Assembly: GCA_038087875.1 (NCBI GenBank)
Contig: CM075996.1
Span: 7,504,001-7,568,000, forward strand
Direction: 5' to 3'
Length of the DNA: 64,000 nt
Source of the DNA: Malacoraja senta
Lineage: Eukaryota
The notes under the pieces: generated by a model
The model's input: the letters and a program-made list of their open reading frames with translations, nothing else
What the model was told of the DNA's origin: nothing
Database searches by the model: none
Translations under genes and position numbers: made by a program
In this document: positions 50,065 through 62,548 of the stretch, piece by piece
How positions within the stretch are numbered: the first letter of the stretch is position 1
Layout: each line of letters begins with the position of its first letter

Positions 50065-50624
50065 GACTCCCGACAGCCAGGAAGGCAACATCATTTACCC
50101 GATCAGGCAGATGAAGTCGTCCCACAAACGCTTGGAGCGAGAAGACGAGGAGAAAGGGAGGAGCGTGAAGCATCTGCAAGAACATGAGGAGGACGCTGGT
50201 TGGGGCTCGTTAGATGAGGAGATCTGCCAGGCGGAGGAGAAGAAGCATGGCTTCAAGACGGCCATCAAGAAGCTGATTAAACGGCAGAAATCGAAGAAGG
50301 GGAGCGAAAAGTCCAAGGTTTCTAAGGAGTTCCTTGACGGCGACCAGACTATGGAAAGGGGCAGCAGATCGAACTCCAAGGGCAATTCCTTAAAGAGGCA
50401 GAAAAGCATCAGGCCCTCGATCGACTGCCTCGTGGAGCTGTCGGAGCCTCTCTCCGGTAACGCGGAGGACACCGGCAAACAGAAGAAGAGTGGACACCAG
50501 AAGTTTTTGAATTTTTTTCGGAAGGGGACAAAGAAGAGTGACAACGCTAACTCAAAGAAAAGCCAGACGTCTCCACCTACATCACCACGGCCCACAACAC
50601 TAGCCCTAAATATCCCCTCTCCAG
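50065..50624 (+). CDS. BCL2L12: BCL2L12 exon 2, Lys/Ser-rich low-complexity region ending PPTSPRPTTLALNIPSP
   Basis: Acceptor tttttccttttggatctaaag| phase 2; 560-nt open frame in non-repeat sequence; donor G|gtcagt phase 1. Confidence 0.85.
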
Positions 50625-51030
50625 GTCAGTCACGGGTTTCTTCCATTTTATTTGCTATCAGTGACGGGTCATCCAAAATGGTGGCCTGGAGGCATATCGG
50701 CCAGAATGGGGAAAGGTGGAGAGTTTGTGTCCCTAGAGAGTGTTACATTGCCTAGAACTCTGCATCTTCCCCTTTGCTCTATCTAATGTGCTTGAGTGTG
50801 AAACGATTCTATCTATGGGCCAGAGTGAGTCCCACCGCAAATTGGAGGAGCAGCACCTCATATTTAGCTTGGGTAGTTTACACCCCAGCGGTCTGAACAT
50901 TGACTTCTCCAATTTCAGGTAGTCCTTGCTTTCTCCCTCCTTCCCCTCCCCTTCCCAGCTCTCCCACAGCCTACTGTCTCCGCCTCTTCCTTTCTTCTTT
51001 ACCCCCCCCCCCCCCCACCCCCACATCAGT

Positions 51031-51059
51031 CTGAAGAAGGGTCTCGACCCGAAACGTCA
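51031..51059 (+). ncRNA. Minimal hammerhead ribozyme motif in a Penelope terminal repeat (representative intact copy)
   Basis: CUGAAGA-A-GGGUC-UC-GACCC-GAAAC-GUC-A, directly downstream of a Penelope 3' fragment (about 50818-51030). Confidence 0.7.
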
Positions 51060-53530
51060 CCTATTCCTTCGCTCTATTGATGCTGCCTCACCCGCTGAGT
51101 TTCTCCAGCATTTTTGTCTTCCTATCTACGTGTGATATAAGGTCATTAGAGATAGGAGCAGAATTAGGCCCTTCAGCCCCATCAAGTCACCTCTGCCATA
51201 CAATCATGGCTGATCCATCGCTCCCTCCTAACCTGATGTAGTTTAGTTTAGAGCTACAGTGCGGTCCACCGAATCCACGTCGACCAGCGATCCACGCACA
51301 TTAACGCTACCCAACAGATATTAGGGCCAATTTACACTTACACCAAGCCAATTAACCTACAAACCTGTACGTCTTTAGAGTGTGGGAGGAAACCGAAGAC
51401 CTCTGAGAAAATCAGTCAATGAAAGTAAGCATGCAGGTACAGCAGGCAGTGAAGAAAACGAATGGCATGTTGGCCTTCATAACAAGAGGAGTTGAGTATA
51501 GGAGCAAAGAGGTCCTTCTGCAGTTGTACAGAGCCCTAGTGAGACCACACCTGGAGTATTGTGTGCAGTTTTGGTCCCCTAATTTGAGGAAAGACATTCT
51601 TGCTATTGAGGGAGTTCAGCGTAGGTTCACAAGATTAATTCCTGGGATGGCGGGACTGTGATATGCTGAGAGAATGGACTTGTATACTCTGGAGTTTAGA
51701 AGGATGAGAGGGGATCTTATTGAAACATATAAGATTGTTAAGGGTTTGGACACGCTAGAGGCAGGAAACATGTTTCCGATGTTGGGGGAGTCCAGAACCA
51801 GGGGCCACAGTTTAAGAATAAGGGGTAAGCCAATTAGAACAGAGAGTTGTGAGTCTGTGGATTTCTCTGCCTCAGAGGGCGGTGGAGGCCGGTTCTCTGG
51901 ATACTTTCAAGAGAGAGCTAGATAGGGCTCTTAAAGATAGCGGAATCAGGGGATATGGGGAGAAGGCAGGAACGGGGTACTGATTGGGGATGATCAGCCA
52001 TGGTCACATTGAATGGCGGTGCTGGGTTGAAGGGCCGAATGGCCTACTCCTGCACCTATTGTCTATTGTCTATTGTGACCGGCAGCAACGCTGGATAGAA
52101 GGAATGCGTGACGTTTTGGGTCGAGACCCTTCTTCAGACTGGAGAAGGGTCTCGACCCGAAATGTCACCCATTCCTTCTCTCAAGAGATGCCGCCTGTCC
52201 CGCTGAGTTACCCCGAGCTATTTGTGTCTATCTCCTTAAATTTAATGGTATCTTTCATTTCTCCTGCGGTCGAGACTTGGTCTACTCTTCCTTTTGTGCC
52301 CGTGCCTTGAAGGAATGTACATTTGGTACATAAGGCATGTGTTCTTTTTTTTAAGTGCCAGTCATTGCCTGTCCGTTGCCTGAACTAGTCCTTCTGATGA
52401 AGTTGCTCCCACAATGTTGTGACGCAGTTTGTTTCACAACCAAGACCCCGTGATGATGTAGAAGTGACAACATTTACCACTCAAGCCCTGCACCCCCACT
52501 GTATCCACCTATCACTCGCCAGGCTTAGTCCCACCATCACCTCTTTCCCCATCCCCCGCCATTTCGATCTACGTTTATGTTTAAATTGATTGTCACGTGT
52601 ACCGAGGTACGGTGAAAAGGTTTGTTTTGCATGCTATCCAAAGAAATCAAATTCCACAATCAATCTGCCCTTCATAGTTGTGTTTTCATTGACGGTCACT
52701 CAAAATGAGTATGACTGTCCTCTCATGGAGGACGCCTGTGCGTGACTTTGTTTAACATGGGGAGACTGGTGCACAGATGGCCACCCCACGGTCCTTGACA
52801 GATCTGGGTCAGGATCCAGTGGCTTGGAGTCCAAGACAACCGGAGACCCTTTTCTGCTGCAGCCTTCATCCGCCTTCCCAGCCGTTGTGACGCTCCACTA
52901 AGGTCAGCCATCGTCCTCCGCCTGTTCCACCGTCGAGGTCTTGGTTGGATTGCTCTTTGTCAGAGACCTCCCCCTCGACCTTACCGCCATGGGTGGTCCT
53001 ACATGGAGCATAGCTCCAGACGGCATCGCTCTCAGGATCTCAGGTCCACACAAACTTCTCCACCACGACAAGGCCCCCAAACAATAGGCTCTCATACATG
53101 TGTTTTATTAGATCGGAAACCCTAATGTCCATGGAGCTATATTATTATTTAAAATTCTACCATATTCTAGACCTCTTTACAACACGATTATTAATTAATC
53201 CTCTGGCAGATTATTAATTGACTTTATTATTGCACAGTACTTGGCCCAAAGTAGCTGGTTCCCTAGTTGGGGGACATATTGATTTAGAAACCCATGCTGG
53301 TTTTAAATTTCATAGACACTCCAGGAATGTATCCAAGATCCACAGCCGTTCAGCATGGTAACTGGCCGTTCGGTCCACTATGTCCGTGCTGACCATCAAC
53401 CACCCATTCATGCTAATCCTTGTTTCTTCTTTACCACCCCCACCCAGATTGTCGCCAATACTCTGGGGACAATTGAAAGTGGCTCATTAACCAACCAACC
53501 TGCATATCTGTGAGATGTGGTAAGATGTTG

Positions 53531-53852
53531 GGCGGTCACGGTGGCGCAGCGGTAGAGTTGCTGCCTTACAGCGCTTGCTGCGCCAGAGACCCGGGTACGA
53601 TCCCGACTACGGGTGCTTGTCTGTACGGAGTTTGTACGTTCTCCCCGTGACCGCATGGGTTTTCTCCGGGATCTTTAGTTTCCTCCCACACTCCAAAGAC
53701 GTGCAGTTTTGTAGGTTAATTGAACTTGGTATATGTTTGTGTAATTTGTGTGTGTAGGATAGTGTTAGTGTGCGGGGATCGCTGATCAGCGCGGACTCAG
53801 TGGGCCGAAGGGCCTGTTTCTGCGCTGTATCTCTAAACGAAACTAAACTAAA
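53531..53852 (+). mobile_element. tRNA-derived HE1/V-SINE-type element (representative; about 20 or more copies, e.g. 2025-2250-, 7347-7680, 11888-12190, 12955-13258-, 15965-16273-, 18495-18790, 25866-26473, 34385-34685, 44090-44412, 58645-58900-)
   Basis: A box tggcgcagcgg, B-box-like gggtacgatcc (gggttcgatcc in other copies), central ggagtttgtacgttctcccc domain and (ctaaa)n tail. Confidence 0.88.
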
Positions 53853-54834
53853 ACGGTGCACTCGGACAACACCCACAGGGTCAAAACACACGGAATGTGC
53901 AAACTCCACACAGATAGCACCAGAGGTCAGGATTGAACTGTGTAAGTAAGTAAGTACGTTTTATTTATATAGCACGTTTTAAATCAACTTGCATTGAAAC
54001 CAAAGTGCTTTACATAAAATAAATAATAAGTTTCCTTACAACCATAGAAAAAGATTACAAAATAGAAAAAATGGACACAACACATTATAGAGTTCAACAC
54101 AAACGTCCCCCCACAACAATGTTCCACTGTGGCGAAAGGCACCAGAAAGTTTAGTCCTCTTCCTCTATGACCACCCGAGGTCGGGGCCCATTTGTGGCCT
54201 TGCAGCCAGTCCGATGTTTTCAGGCCCTCTTGCCGTGAAGCTGGAAATCCGGCGTCGGGTGGACATTTCTCAGCAGCTTAGAAAGTCTGGAGCACTGCCT
54301 CCTCCCCGGAGACCGCAGCACCCGAAGTCCTCAGGAGCCAGCAGCTCTACAAGGTGTGCAACTAATCTGCCCCAAATACTCTCTACTGGGTAAACCAAAA
54401 ATGGTGCCACGCTACAGGTAGATTAAATAGGTATGACAGAGATTGAAGTAACCGGTACAATTAATTTATTCCCCTTGTGAGATACATCTCTAATTTCAAC
54501 ATTTATTCGCATCAGTGAGTCATAGAGCACCGAAACAGGCCATTTGGCCCACTTTAACCATGCCAACCAAGTTGACATCTGGATAATCCCATTTGGCCAC
54601 ATTTGGGCCATATCCCTCTCAACCCTTCCTGATCATGTCCTTTTATCACGACTATAATTCGAAGGACTACAGTCAGACGGCTTCCACCAATATGTTAGAC
54701 ACAAAATGCTGGAGTAACTCAGCGGGACAGGCAGAATCTTTGGATAGAAGGAATGTGTGCGTTTCGGGTTGAGACCCTTCTCCCTATGGATTTTGGAGAG
54801 AAGATAAAACCGGGCCGTGCGGGGTTGGGGAAAG

Positions 54835-55800
54835 TCAAGTCAAGTCAAGTCACATTTATTTATATAGCACATTTAAAAAACAACTCTCGTTGGCCAAAGT
54901 GCTTTACATTTGTTATAAGAATAAAACAAACTACATACATATATACATGTAGCGCTCACTCAGAGGACGTCAGGAAAGGCTTGGGAGTATAGATAAGTCT
55001 TTAGTCTTGACTTAAAAGAATCGATGGAGGGGACAGTTCTGATGGGAAGGGGGATGCTGTTCCACAGTCTAGGAGCTGCAACCGCAAAGGCGCGGTCACC
55101 CCTGAGCTTATGCCTAGACCGTGGGATATTCAGCAACCCCAAGTCGGCCGATCTGAGCGGCCTGGAGGTGGAGTGGTGGGTGAGAAGACTTTTTATGTAG
55201 GTGGGGGCAAGCCCATTGAGGACTTTGTAGACATGGAGGAGGATCTTGAAGTTTATACGGAACCGCACAGGGAGCCAGTGGAGAGAGGCCAGGATCGGGG
55301 TGATGTGGTCCCTTTTTCGGGTGCCCGTCAGGAGTCTCGCTGCGGCGTTTTGGACCAGTTGCAGGCGGGACAGGGAAGATTGGCTGATGCCAGTGTAAAG
55401 GGAGTTGCAGTAATCTAGGCGGGAGGAGATGAATGTGTGGATGATCTTTTCGAGGTCATCAAACTGGAGGAATTATTTTATTTTGGCTATTGTCCGAAGC
55501 TGAAAGAAGCTAGCTTTTAACACGGCATTGGTAAAATTTGTCAAATTTCAGTGCTGAGTCAAATATCACGCCAAGGTTATTGACGTGAGGTTTGAGTAGT
55601 GGGGTAAGGCTTCCAAGGCTGCCTGCTATCATTTTGATTGAGTCCGAGGGGTCGAGAAGGATGACCTCAGACTTACTCTCGTTTAGTTGGAGGAAGTTCT
55701 GGGCCATCCAACACTTTATATCCTCGAGGCAGCGGGTAAGGTTAAACAGATTTGATTGTTTTTTGGGCTTCAGGGGGTGATAGAGTTGTGTATCGTCTGC
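54835..55800 (-). mobile_element. L2 LINE 3' fragment
   Basis: FRINFKILL…NGLAPTYI…GDRAFAVAAPRLWNSIP…FKSRLKTYL, the L2 ORF2 C-terminus; NFLQLNESKSE RT-proximal motif. Confidence 0.9.
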
Positions 55801-56055
55801 GAAAGATAAGGTTGGAAGCTTTGGAGGGCAGACAGCCGGAAGTGATAAAATCGTACGGCCTGGTGCTCATCTGTGGGATCATGGTCCAAGGATAAGTAGG
55901 AGGAGGTGTCTGAGATCTGGCGTCTGGCCTCAGCGCAGTAGAGGTAGGTGTGCCAGACGACCACAGCACCTCCCTTGTCGGCGGGTTTGATGATAACATC
56001 GGGGTTGCCACGTGTTCAGTGTGAACCAGTGTCTGCAGTTCCTTCCTCCACCAAT

Positions 56056-56471
56056 CTTAGGACCCCTGCGGTCATGGCTGGCCATGGGTGTGTCCAGGGT
56101 GCTATTCCCTATGTGGAGGACGCCTGTGCGTGACTTTGTTTAACATGGGGAGACTGGTGCACAAACAGCCACCCCACGGTCCTGGGTCAGGATCCAGTGG
56201 CATGGAGTCCAAGATGACCGGAGACCCTTTTCTGCTGCAGCCTTCATCCGCCTTCCCAGCCGTTGTGACGCTCCACTAAGGTCAGCCATCGTCCTCCGCC
56301 TGTTCCACCGTTGAGGTCTTGGTTGGATTGCTCTTTGTCGGAGACCTCCCCCTCGACCTTACCGCCATGGGTGGCCCTACAGGAGCACAGCTCCAGACGG
56401 CATCGCTCTCAGGATCTCAGGTCCACACACGCTTCTCCACCACGACAAGGTGACAATCCACGGAGAAGCCT
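56056..56471 (-). mobile_element. Second RTE-derived non-autonomous family; a 5'-truncated copy lies at about 52700-53073
   Basis: TSD tccaccaat (56047-56055 and 56472-56480); shares the ggattg..accttgtcgtggt 5' motif with the 26886 element. Confidence 0.75.
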
Positions 56472-59400
56472 TCCACCAATATCTTCTTGTTTTCTTTTTA
56501 TTAATTTTTTCAAAAATAACAACAAAAAAACCCCAATGATGAACATAACATTGATATTGATACATAGGGATCAGGATTACATTAACAACAAATGTAATCT
56601 AGGTATGAATCCAGTGTCAAAATACACATTGGGTATAGACCTCCCAGTCTCTATGTACATATAGTTAAATGTTTAAAAGCAAAACCCCCTAAACTAAAAT
56701 AAGCAAAACAACATGTGGGCTGCAAAGAGTTTCAACAATTCAGATCCTTGTTTGTCGTCAAGTCCGTTCCACCGTATAAAGATAAGAGAATTATTATAAC
56801 AGTTGGAGAGGGAACAATTTATATTGTGTGAAAATATTGAATAAATCTTCCCCAAGTCCTATCAAATTTAACCAAGGGTTCAACAATGTCACTCCTAATT
56901 GTTTCTAAATTTAAACATGATATCGTTTCAGAGTACCAATGGAGTGTGGTCGGAGGATTAGAGTCTTTCTATTTAAATGGAAACTCTTGATTTCTAATTG
57001 TGCTTTGCACTAATGTCTTAAATTTAGTTTTTTTCCTTTTCACTGCTTTCATAAGGTCATGTGATAGGAGGAGAATTAGGCATTCGGCCCATCAAGTCTA
57101 CCACCATTTAATCATGGCTGCTCTATCTCTCCCTCCTAAACCCATTCCCCTGCCTTCTCCCCATAACCTCTGACACCTGTACTAATCAAGAATCCATCTA
57201 TTCCTTCCTTCTCTCCAGAGATGCTGCCTGTCCCGCTGAGTTACTCCAACTTTTTGTGTTTATCTTCGGTTTAAGCCAGCATCTGCTGTTCCTTCCTGCA
57301 CAAGAATCTATCTATCTCTGCCTTAAATATATCCACTGACTTTGCCTCCACAGCCTTCTGCGGCAAAGAATTCCACAGATTTACCACTTTCTGACTAAAA
57401 TTCCTCCTCATCTCCTTCCTAAAAGAAGGTCCTTTCATTCTGAGACTATGACCTCTCTAGTTTTAAGGGCCTGTCCCGTTTGGCGATTTTTTTTCAGCGA
57501 CTGCCGGCGTCATGTCAGGGATGCTAAAAGATTTTGAACATTTCAAAATCCAGCAGCGACAAAAAAAAATGTTGTGACACTTGAAAAAACACCGCGCGTC
57601 AATACGTCATCACGCCGCGAATTTTTCGGTGACCTGATACGTCAGTCCCGGGATGGCGGGACTGGCATATGCTGAGAGAATGGAGCGGCTGGGCTTGTAC
57701 ACTCTGGAGTTTAGAAGGATGAGGGGGGATCTTATTGAAACATATAAGATTGTTAAGGGTTTGGACACGCTAGATGTTCCCGATGTTGGGGGAGTCCAGA
57801 ACCAGGGGCCACAGTTTAAGAATAAGGAGTAAGCCATTTAGAACGGAGACGAGGAAACACTTTTTCTCACAGAGAGTTGTGAGTGTGGAATTCTCAGTGT
57901 GATCATGGCTGATCATCCCCAATCAGTACCCTGTTCCTGCCTTCTCCCCATATCCCCTGACTCTGCTATTTTTAAGAGCCCTATCTAGCTCTGTCTTCAA
58001 AGCATCCAGAGAACCGGCATCCACCACCCTCTGAGGCAGAGAATTCCACAGACTCACAACTCTCTGTGAGAAAAACTGTTTCCTCGTCTCCGTTCTAAAT
58101 GGCTTACTCCTTATTCTTAAACTGTGGCCCCTGGTTCTGGACTCCCCCAACATCGGGAACATGTTTCCTGCCTCTAGTGTGTCCAAGCCCTTAACAATCT
58201 TATATGTTTATTTTTTTTTAATTTTTATTTTTTTAATTAGAAGCATGTGCATATCATAATACAAACATTTCTTATATATCAATCCTACGTTGCTAATAGG
58301 CGGGAACCTAGCTAACAAAATAATAGTGGTCCTCCTTTATCAGCTGTATATTAACTCTGCTTCTATTTAGTTTTTCTTTTATAGATAGAAAGTGAAAAAA
58401 AAAAAAAAGGCATGATAAAGAAGATTGGAGTAATTTACCAATAATACAACTTTGGAGATACAATCTTATATGTTTCAATGAGATCCCCTCTCATCCTTCT
58501 AAACTCCAGAGTATACAAGCCCAGCTGCTCCATTCTCTCAGCATATGACAGTCCCTCCATCCCGGGAATTAACCTTGTAAACCTACGCTGCACTCCCTCA
58601 ATAGCAAGAATGTCCTTCCTCAAATTAGGGGACCAAAACTGCACACAGTCCGCGCCGACCAGCGATCCTGACACACTAACACTACCCTACACACACTAGG
58701 GACAATTTACAATTTTACCAAAGCCATTTAGCCTCTTCTGAGTGTGGGAGGAAACCAGAGGTCCCAGAGGAAACGGAAGATCTCGGAGAAAACCCACGCA
58801 GGTCACGGGGAGAATGTACAAACTGCATACAAACAGCGACCATAGTCTGGATCGAACCCGGGTCTCTGGCGCCGTAAGGCAGCAACTCTACCGCTGAGCC
58901 ACTGTAAACCTTCGAAGGACGTAGAGGCGTTGGTGTGTGTTCTTCGCCATTACTTCGATGTGGCAGGCCCAGGACAAGTTGCTGCTGATATTTGTTCCGA
59001 AAGAAGTTGGGCATCTTTTGGTGATGGCGTTCTCTCAGTGATGGAGATTGTAGTAGCCATTTAGCTTAACTCAGTATGTTGTAACTATAACCAGTTATCT
59101 TTACATTTTATCTGCCTGTAATTATGTGGGTGGGATTTATACGTAGTTATCTCTCGATGGCATTGAACGTCTCGTGGAGAGCTCGTGAGCGCGTTGCGAT
59201 TATCTCCTGAACCCCTGTCTTCAATCACAGTGACTAAAGGAAAGAATCCTTGAAACGATATGAAAATCTGTCACAAAAGAGATGTTATTGTGGGGCTTGT
59301 AACCAGGCACGGAAATCACTATCAAAACATGGGGGAGACATAATTTCTTGGCGGCCGCACGCGTACGTGCGCACACACGGGAGGCTTCGGCCCTGTGGAC

Positions 59401-59863
59401 GGTAACATCGGGGACTGACCAGGTTGGTGACCGACTCCGAACTCCAGCAACAGCAGCTTCGTCCGCCCCGAATCGTGGGGCTTGAATCGGCCCGTTCACG
59501 GGGTCTTTCATCGGCCGGCGGGGGCTTCAACGTCAGGAGCCTCGATCGCCTCGATGCAGCAGTTTGATTTTAAGCCACGCCGGGCGATGAAAGGCCCCGC
59601 AAACGGGCCGTTTCAGCTCTTAGAAAGTGTCCGATAAAGTCCGGATTACAAAACATGGGGGGGGAATTGTCCCCCACCTCTCAAAGCACGGGGGGGGGGG
59701 GAGGACATTCCCCCCTGTCCCCCCGCCCCCCAAGATTTCCACCCATGTCAGTGACAACACTTTGTATATCCTCCAGAGCTGCAATCGCTCTTCTGACCCC
59801 CTCATACCTTTCCCTCTGTGTTTAACTCAAGCCTTCATCCTGCTTTCTATCTGTTGAATTCAG

Positions 59864-59986
59864 ACGTAGAACCTTTGGGATTCTACTCGGAAGTGGCAAA
59901 GAAGTTAGACCTGTTGGCGCAAGAGTACTGTTCCCACACGGGGGGTGATCAGCAAACTCCAGTCATCCCGCAAGCACCGAGCCAAG
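59864..59986 (+). CDS. BCL2L12: BCL2L12 exon 3 (DVEPLGFYSEVAKKLDLLAQEYCSHTGGDQQTPVIPQAPSQ)
   Basis: Absent from the ORF track. Acceptor ttcag| phase 1, donor G|gtaatt phase 1. FYSEVAKKLD corresponds to the family FY..VA..L motif. Confidence 0.85.
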
Positions 59987-61049
59987 GTAATTATTGATGT
60001 AGCTGGTGGGAGAAGGTGTGATCATGTGGGGAGATTCGGCCTTGGATGCGAGCGGGGATGGCGGAGCGTGTACAGGAGGTGGGAATGGCTTGCAGTCAGA
60101 GGGTAGATGTAGTCAGAAAGAAAATGAGTGTCTGGAACTGGGATTGAGATGGTTGGGGGGCCCTGATAGCCAGGAGGATATCGGAAGGGTAGTGAATCCA
60201 TTGATCTCATTGCCACAGACGTCTGTGAAGGCCGTCATTGGGAATTGACCCAAACTGCTGGAGTAACAGCGGGACAGGCAGCATTTCTCGAGAGAAAGAA
60301 TGGGCGCCGTTTTTGGTCGAGATCCTTCTTAGATTGGGGCCACCTTGGGTTGGCACAGACCAGTGGGGCCCAAGGGCCTGTTTCTGTGCTGTGTGACTCT
60401 ATGAGTCACGGCTGGGGTAAGGACTAAATGATGGTCTGACTTTGGGGAATTATGGGTTAATTCCAAAAGCAAAGTCCAGCCGGTGTTGGAAACGCTCGAC
60501 ATAACGGGACGCGTCTGCGGGGAGTTCGGCGGAGTTGGTTTGACGGGTCTTTCGTGACAACTGGGAAACGTTAAGAGGTTTAAAGGGGAAGGTAGGGGAG
60601 AGAATGAAAGATGCGAGGGTGGTTTAATGCTTCTGAGCATCGCTCATGGGAATTTATAGCCCTCGCCCTTCATTCAGGCAGCATCTCTGGAGAGAAGAAA
60701 TGGGTCAAGACCCGAAACGTCACCCATTCCTTCTCTCCAGAGATGCTGCCTGTCCCGCTGAGTTCCTCCAGCTTTTTTGTGTCTACCTTCGGTTTAAACC
60801 TGCATCTGCAGTTCCTTCCTCCACGTAAATAGCGGAGTCAGGGGATATGGGGAGAAGGCAGGAACGGGGTACTGATTGGGGATGATCAGCCATGATCACA
60901 TTGAATGGCGGTGCTGGCTCGAAGGGCCGAATGGCCTACTCCTGCACCTATTGTCTATAGTATATTGTAAACGTGGGGGACTGGCTATGATTAGGGGAGA
61001 TGACAGAAGGGCCCATCTCTTTCTTCCGCTGTTCGTCGGATTTCTTTAG

Positions 61050-61138
61050 GGATCATCAACCGGCAGACTATCAGGGAGAAGGAGATCGGGAGGATTGTAA
61101 TGATGCTGCAAAATCAAGGAGACGAGATCAACGAAAAG
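61050..61138 (+). CDS. BCL2L12: BCL2L12 exon 4 with BH3-like helix (GIINRQTIREKEIGRIVMMLQNQGDEINEK)
   Basis: Absent from the ORF track. Acceptor tttctttag| phase 1, donor AAG|gtgaga phase 0; LxxxGD motif. Confidence 0.88.
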
Positions 61139-62293
61139 GTGAGAGGCTGACGTGAGGATTAAGGTCAACTATGGAGAATGATTTGAAGGTTGTAAAATGC
61201 CTTGGCACCCCATCCATGGTCACGAGGTAGATTCAATGATAGATCAGCCATGATTGAATAGTGGAGTAGACGGGCTGAATGGCCTAATTCTGCTCCTACG
61301 ACTTACGAACATGAATACTGGAATGGTTCAGGAACTGAGTAGTTCTCAGCAGGAAATTAGTTAAGTCGGGCTGGCCTGTAGCAGAGAAGGAATTCAGTGG
61401 CCTTTGTGAATCTGATGTGCATGTTGGTTATCCCAGTACAACTGCAGAAGGACCTCTGTGCTCCGATAGTGAACTCCTCTTGTTATGAAGGCCAACATGC
61501 CATTTGCTTTTTTCAAATGGCATGTTGGCCTTCATAACAAGAGGAGTTGAGTATAGGAGCAAAGAGGTCCTTCTGCAGTTGTACAGGGCCCGGGTGAGAC
61601 CACACCTGGAGTATTGTGTGCAGTTTTCGTCTCCAAATTTGAGGAAGGACATCCTTGCTATTGAGGGAGTGCAGCGTAGGTTCACCTGGTTAATTCCCGG
61701 GTTGGCGGGACTGTCATATGCTGAGAGAATGGAGCGGCTGGGCTTGTACACTCTGGAGTTTAGAAGGATGAGAGAGGATCTTATTGAAACATATAAGATT
61801 ATTAAGGGTTTGGACACGCTAAGTAAGTAAGTTTATTGGCCAAGTATTCACATACAAGGAATTTGCCTTGGTGCTCCGCCCACAAGTAACAACATGACAT
61901 ACAGTGACAGTTACGAATGACTCAGAAAACACTAAACATGAATAATAATAAAACATTAGGTTCCTAATGTTGGGGGAGTCCAGAACCAGGGGCCACAGTT
62001 TAAGAATAAGGGGTAAGCCATTTAGAACGGAGATGAGGAAACACATTTTCTGTGACTCACAGGGCGGTGGAGGCCAGTTCTCTGGATGATTTCAAGAACG
62101 GGCTAGACAGAGCTTTTAAAAATAGCAGAGTCAAGGGATATGGGGAGAAGGCAGGAACGGGGTACTGATTGTGGTTGATCAACCATGATCATGTTGAATG
62201 GCGGTGCTGCTCGAGGGGCCGAATGGCCTACTCCTGCACCTATTGTCTATTGTCTAATGTATTGGAAGCCTATTGAAGTTTGCTGTGTTGCAG

Positions 62294-62548
62294 ATGAAGG
62301 ACGATCCTCTTATGCAGCGCCACATATCCTATCACAGCTTCACCCGGCTGGTTGAGGTCTTCACGGCCAACGTGGAAGGGCAGATCACGGACCCCGCCAC
62401 CAGCCCCGAGCTGACGAAGATCGCGCTGACTATGGAGCTCACCCGGAGAGTGGCCGGCATCAGCAGCCACCCCGTGCAGCAGCTGATGGGTTACAGCATG
62501 GACTACATGGACATGTTTGTCCCCTGGCTGCAGCAGCAGGGAGGATGG
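62294..62548 (+). CDS. BCL2L12: BCL2L12 exon 5 ending in BH2 (MKDDPLMQ…LTMELTRRVAG…FVPWLQQQGGW); final exon outside the window
   Basis: Acceptor gttgcag|, donor TGG|gtgagt at the conserved Bcl-2-family BH2 intron position; MELTRRVAG and PWLQQQGGW motifs. Confidence 0.92.

Noticed and set aside
50095..50595. 166-aa minus-strand ORF
   Set aside because: Antisense shadow of BCL2L12 exon 2.
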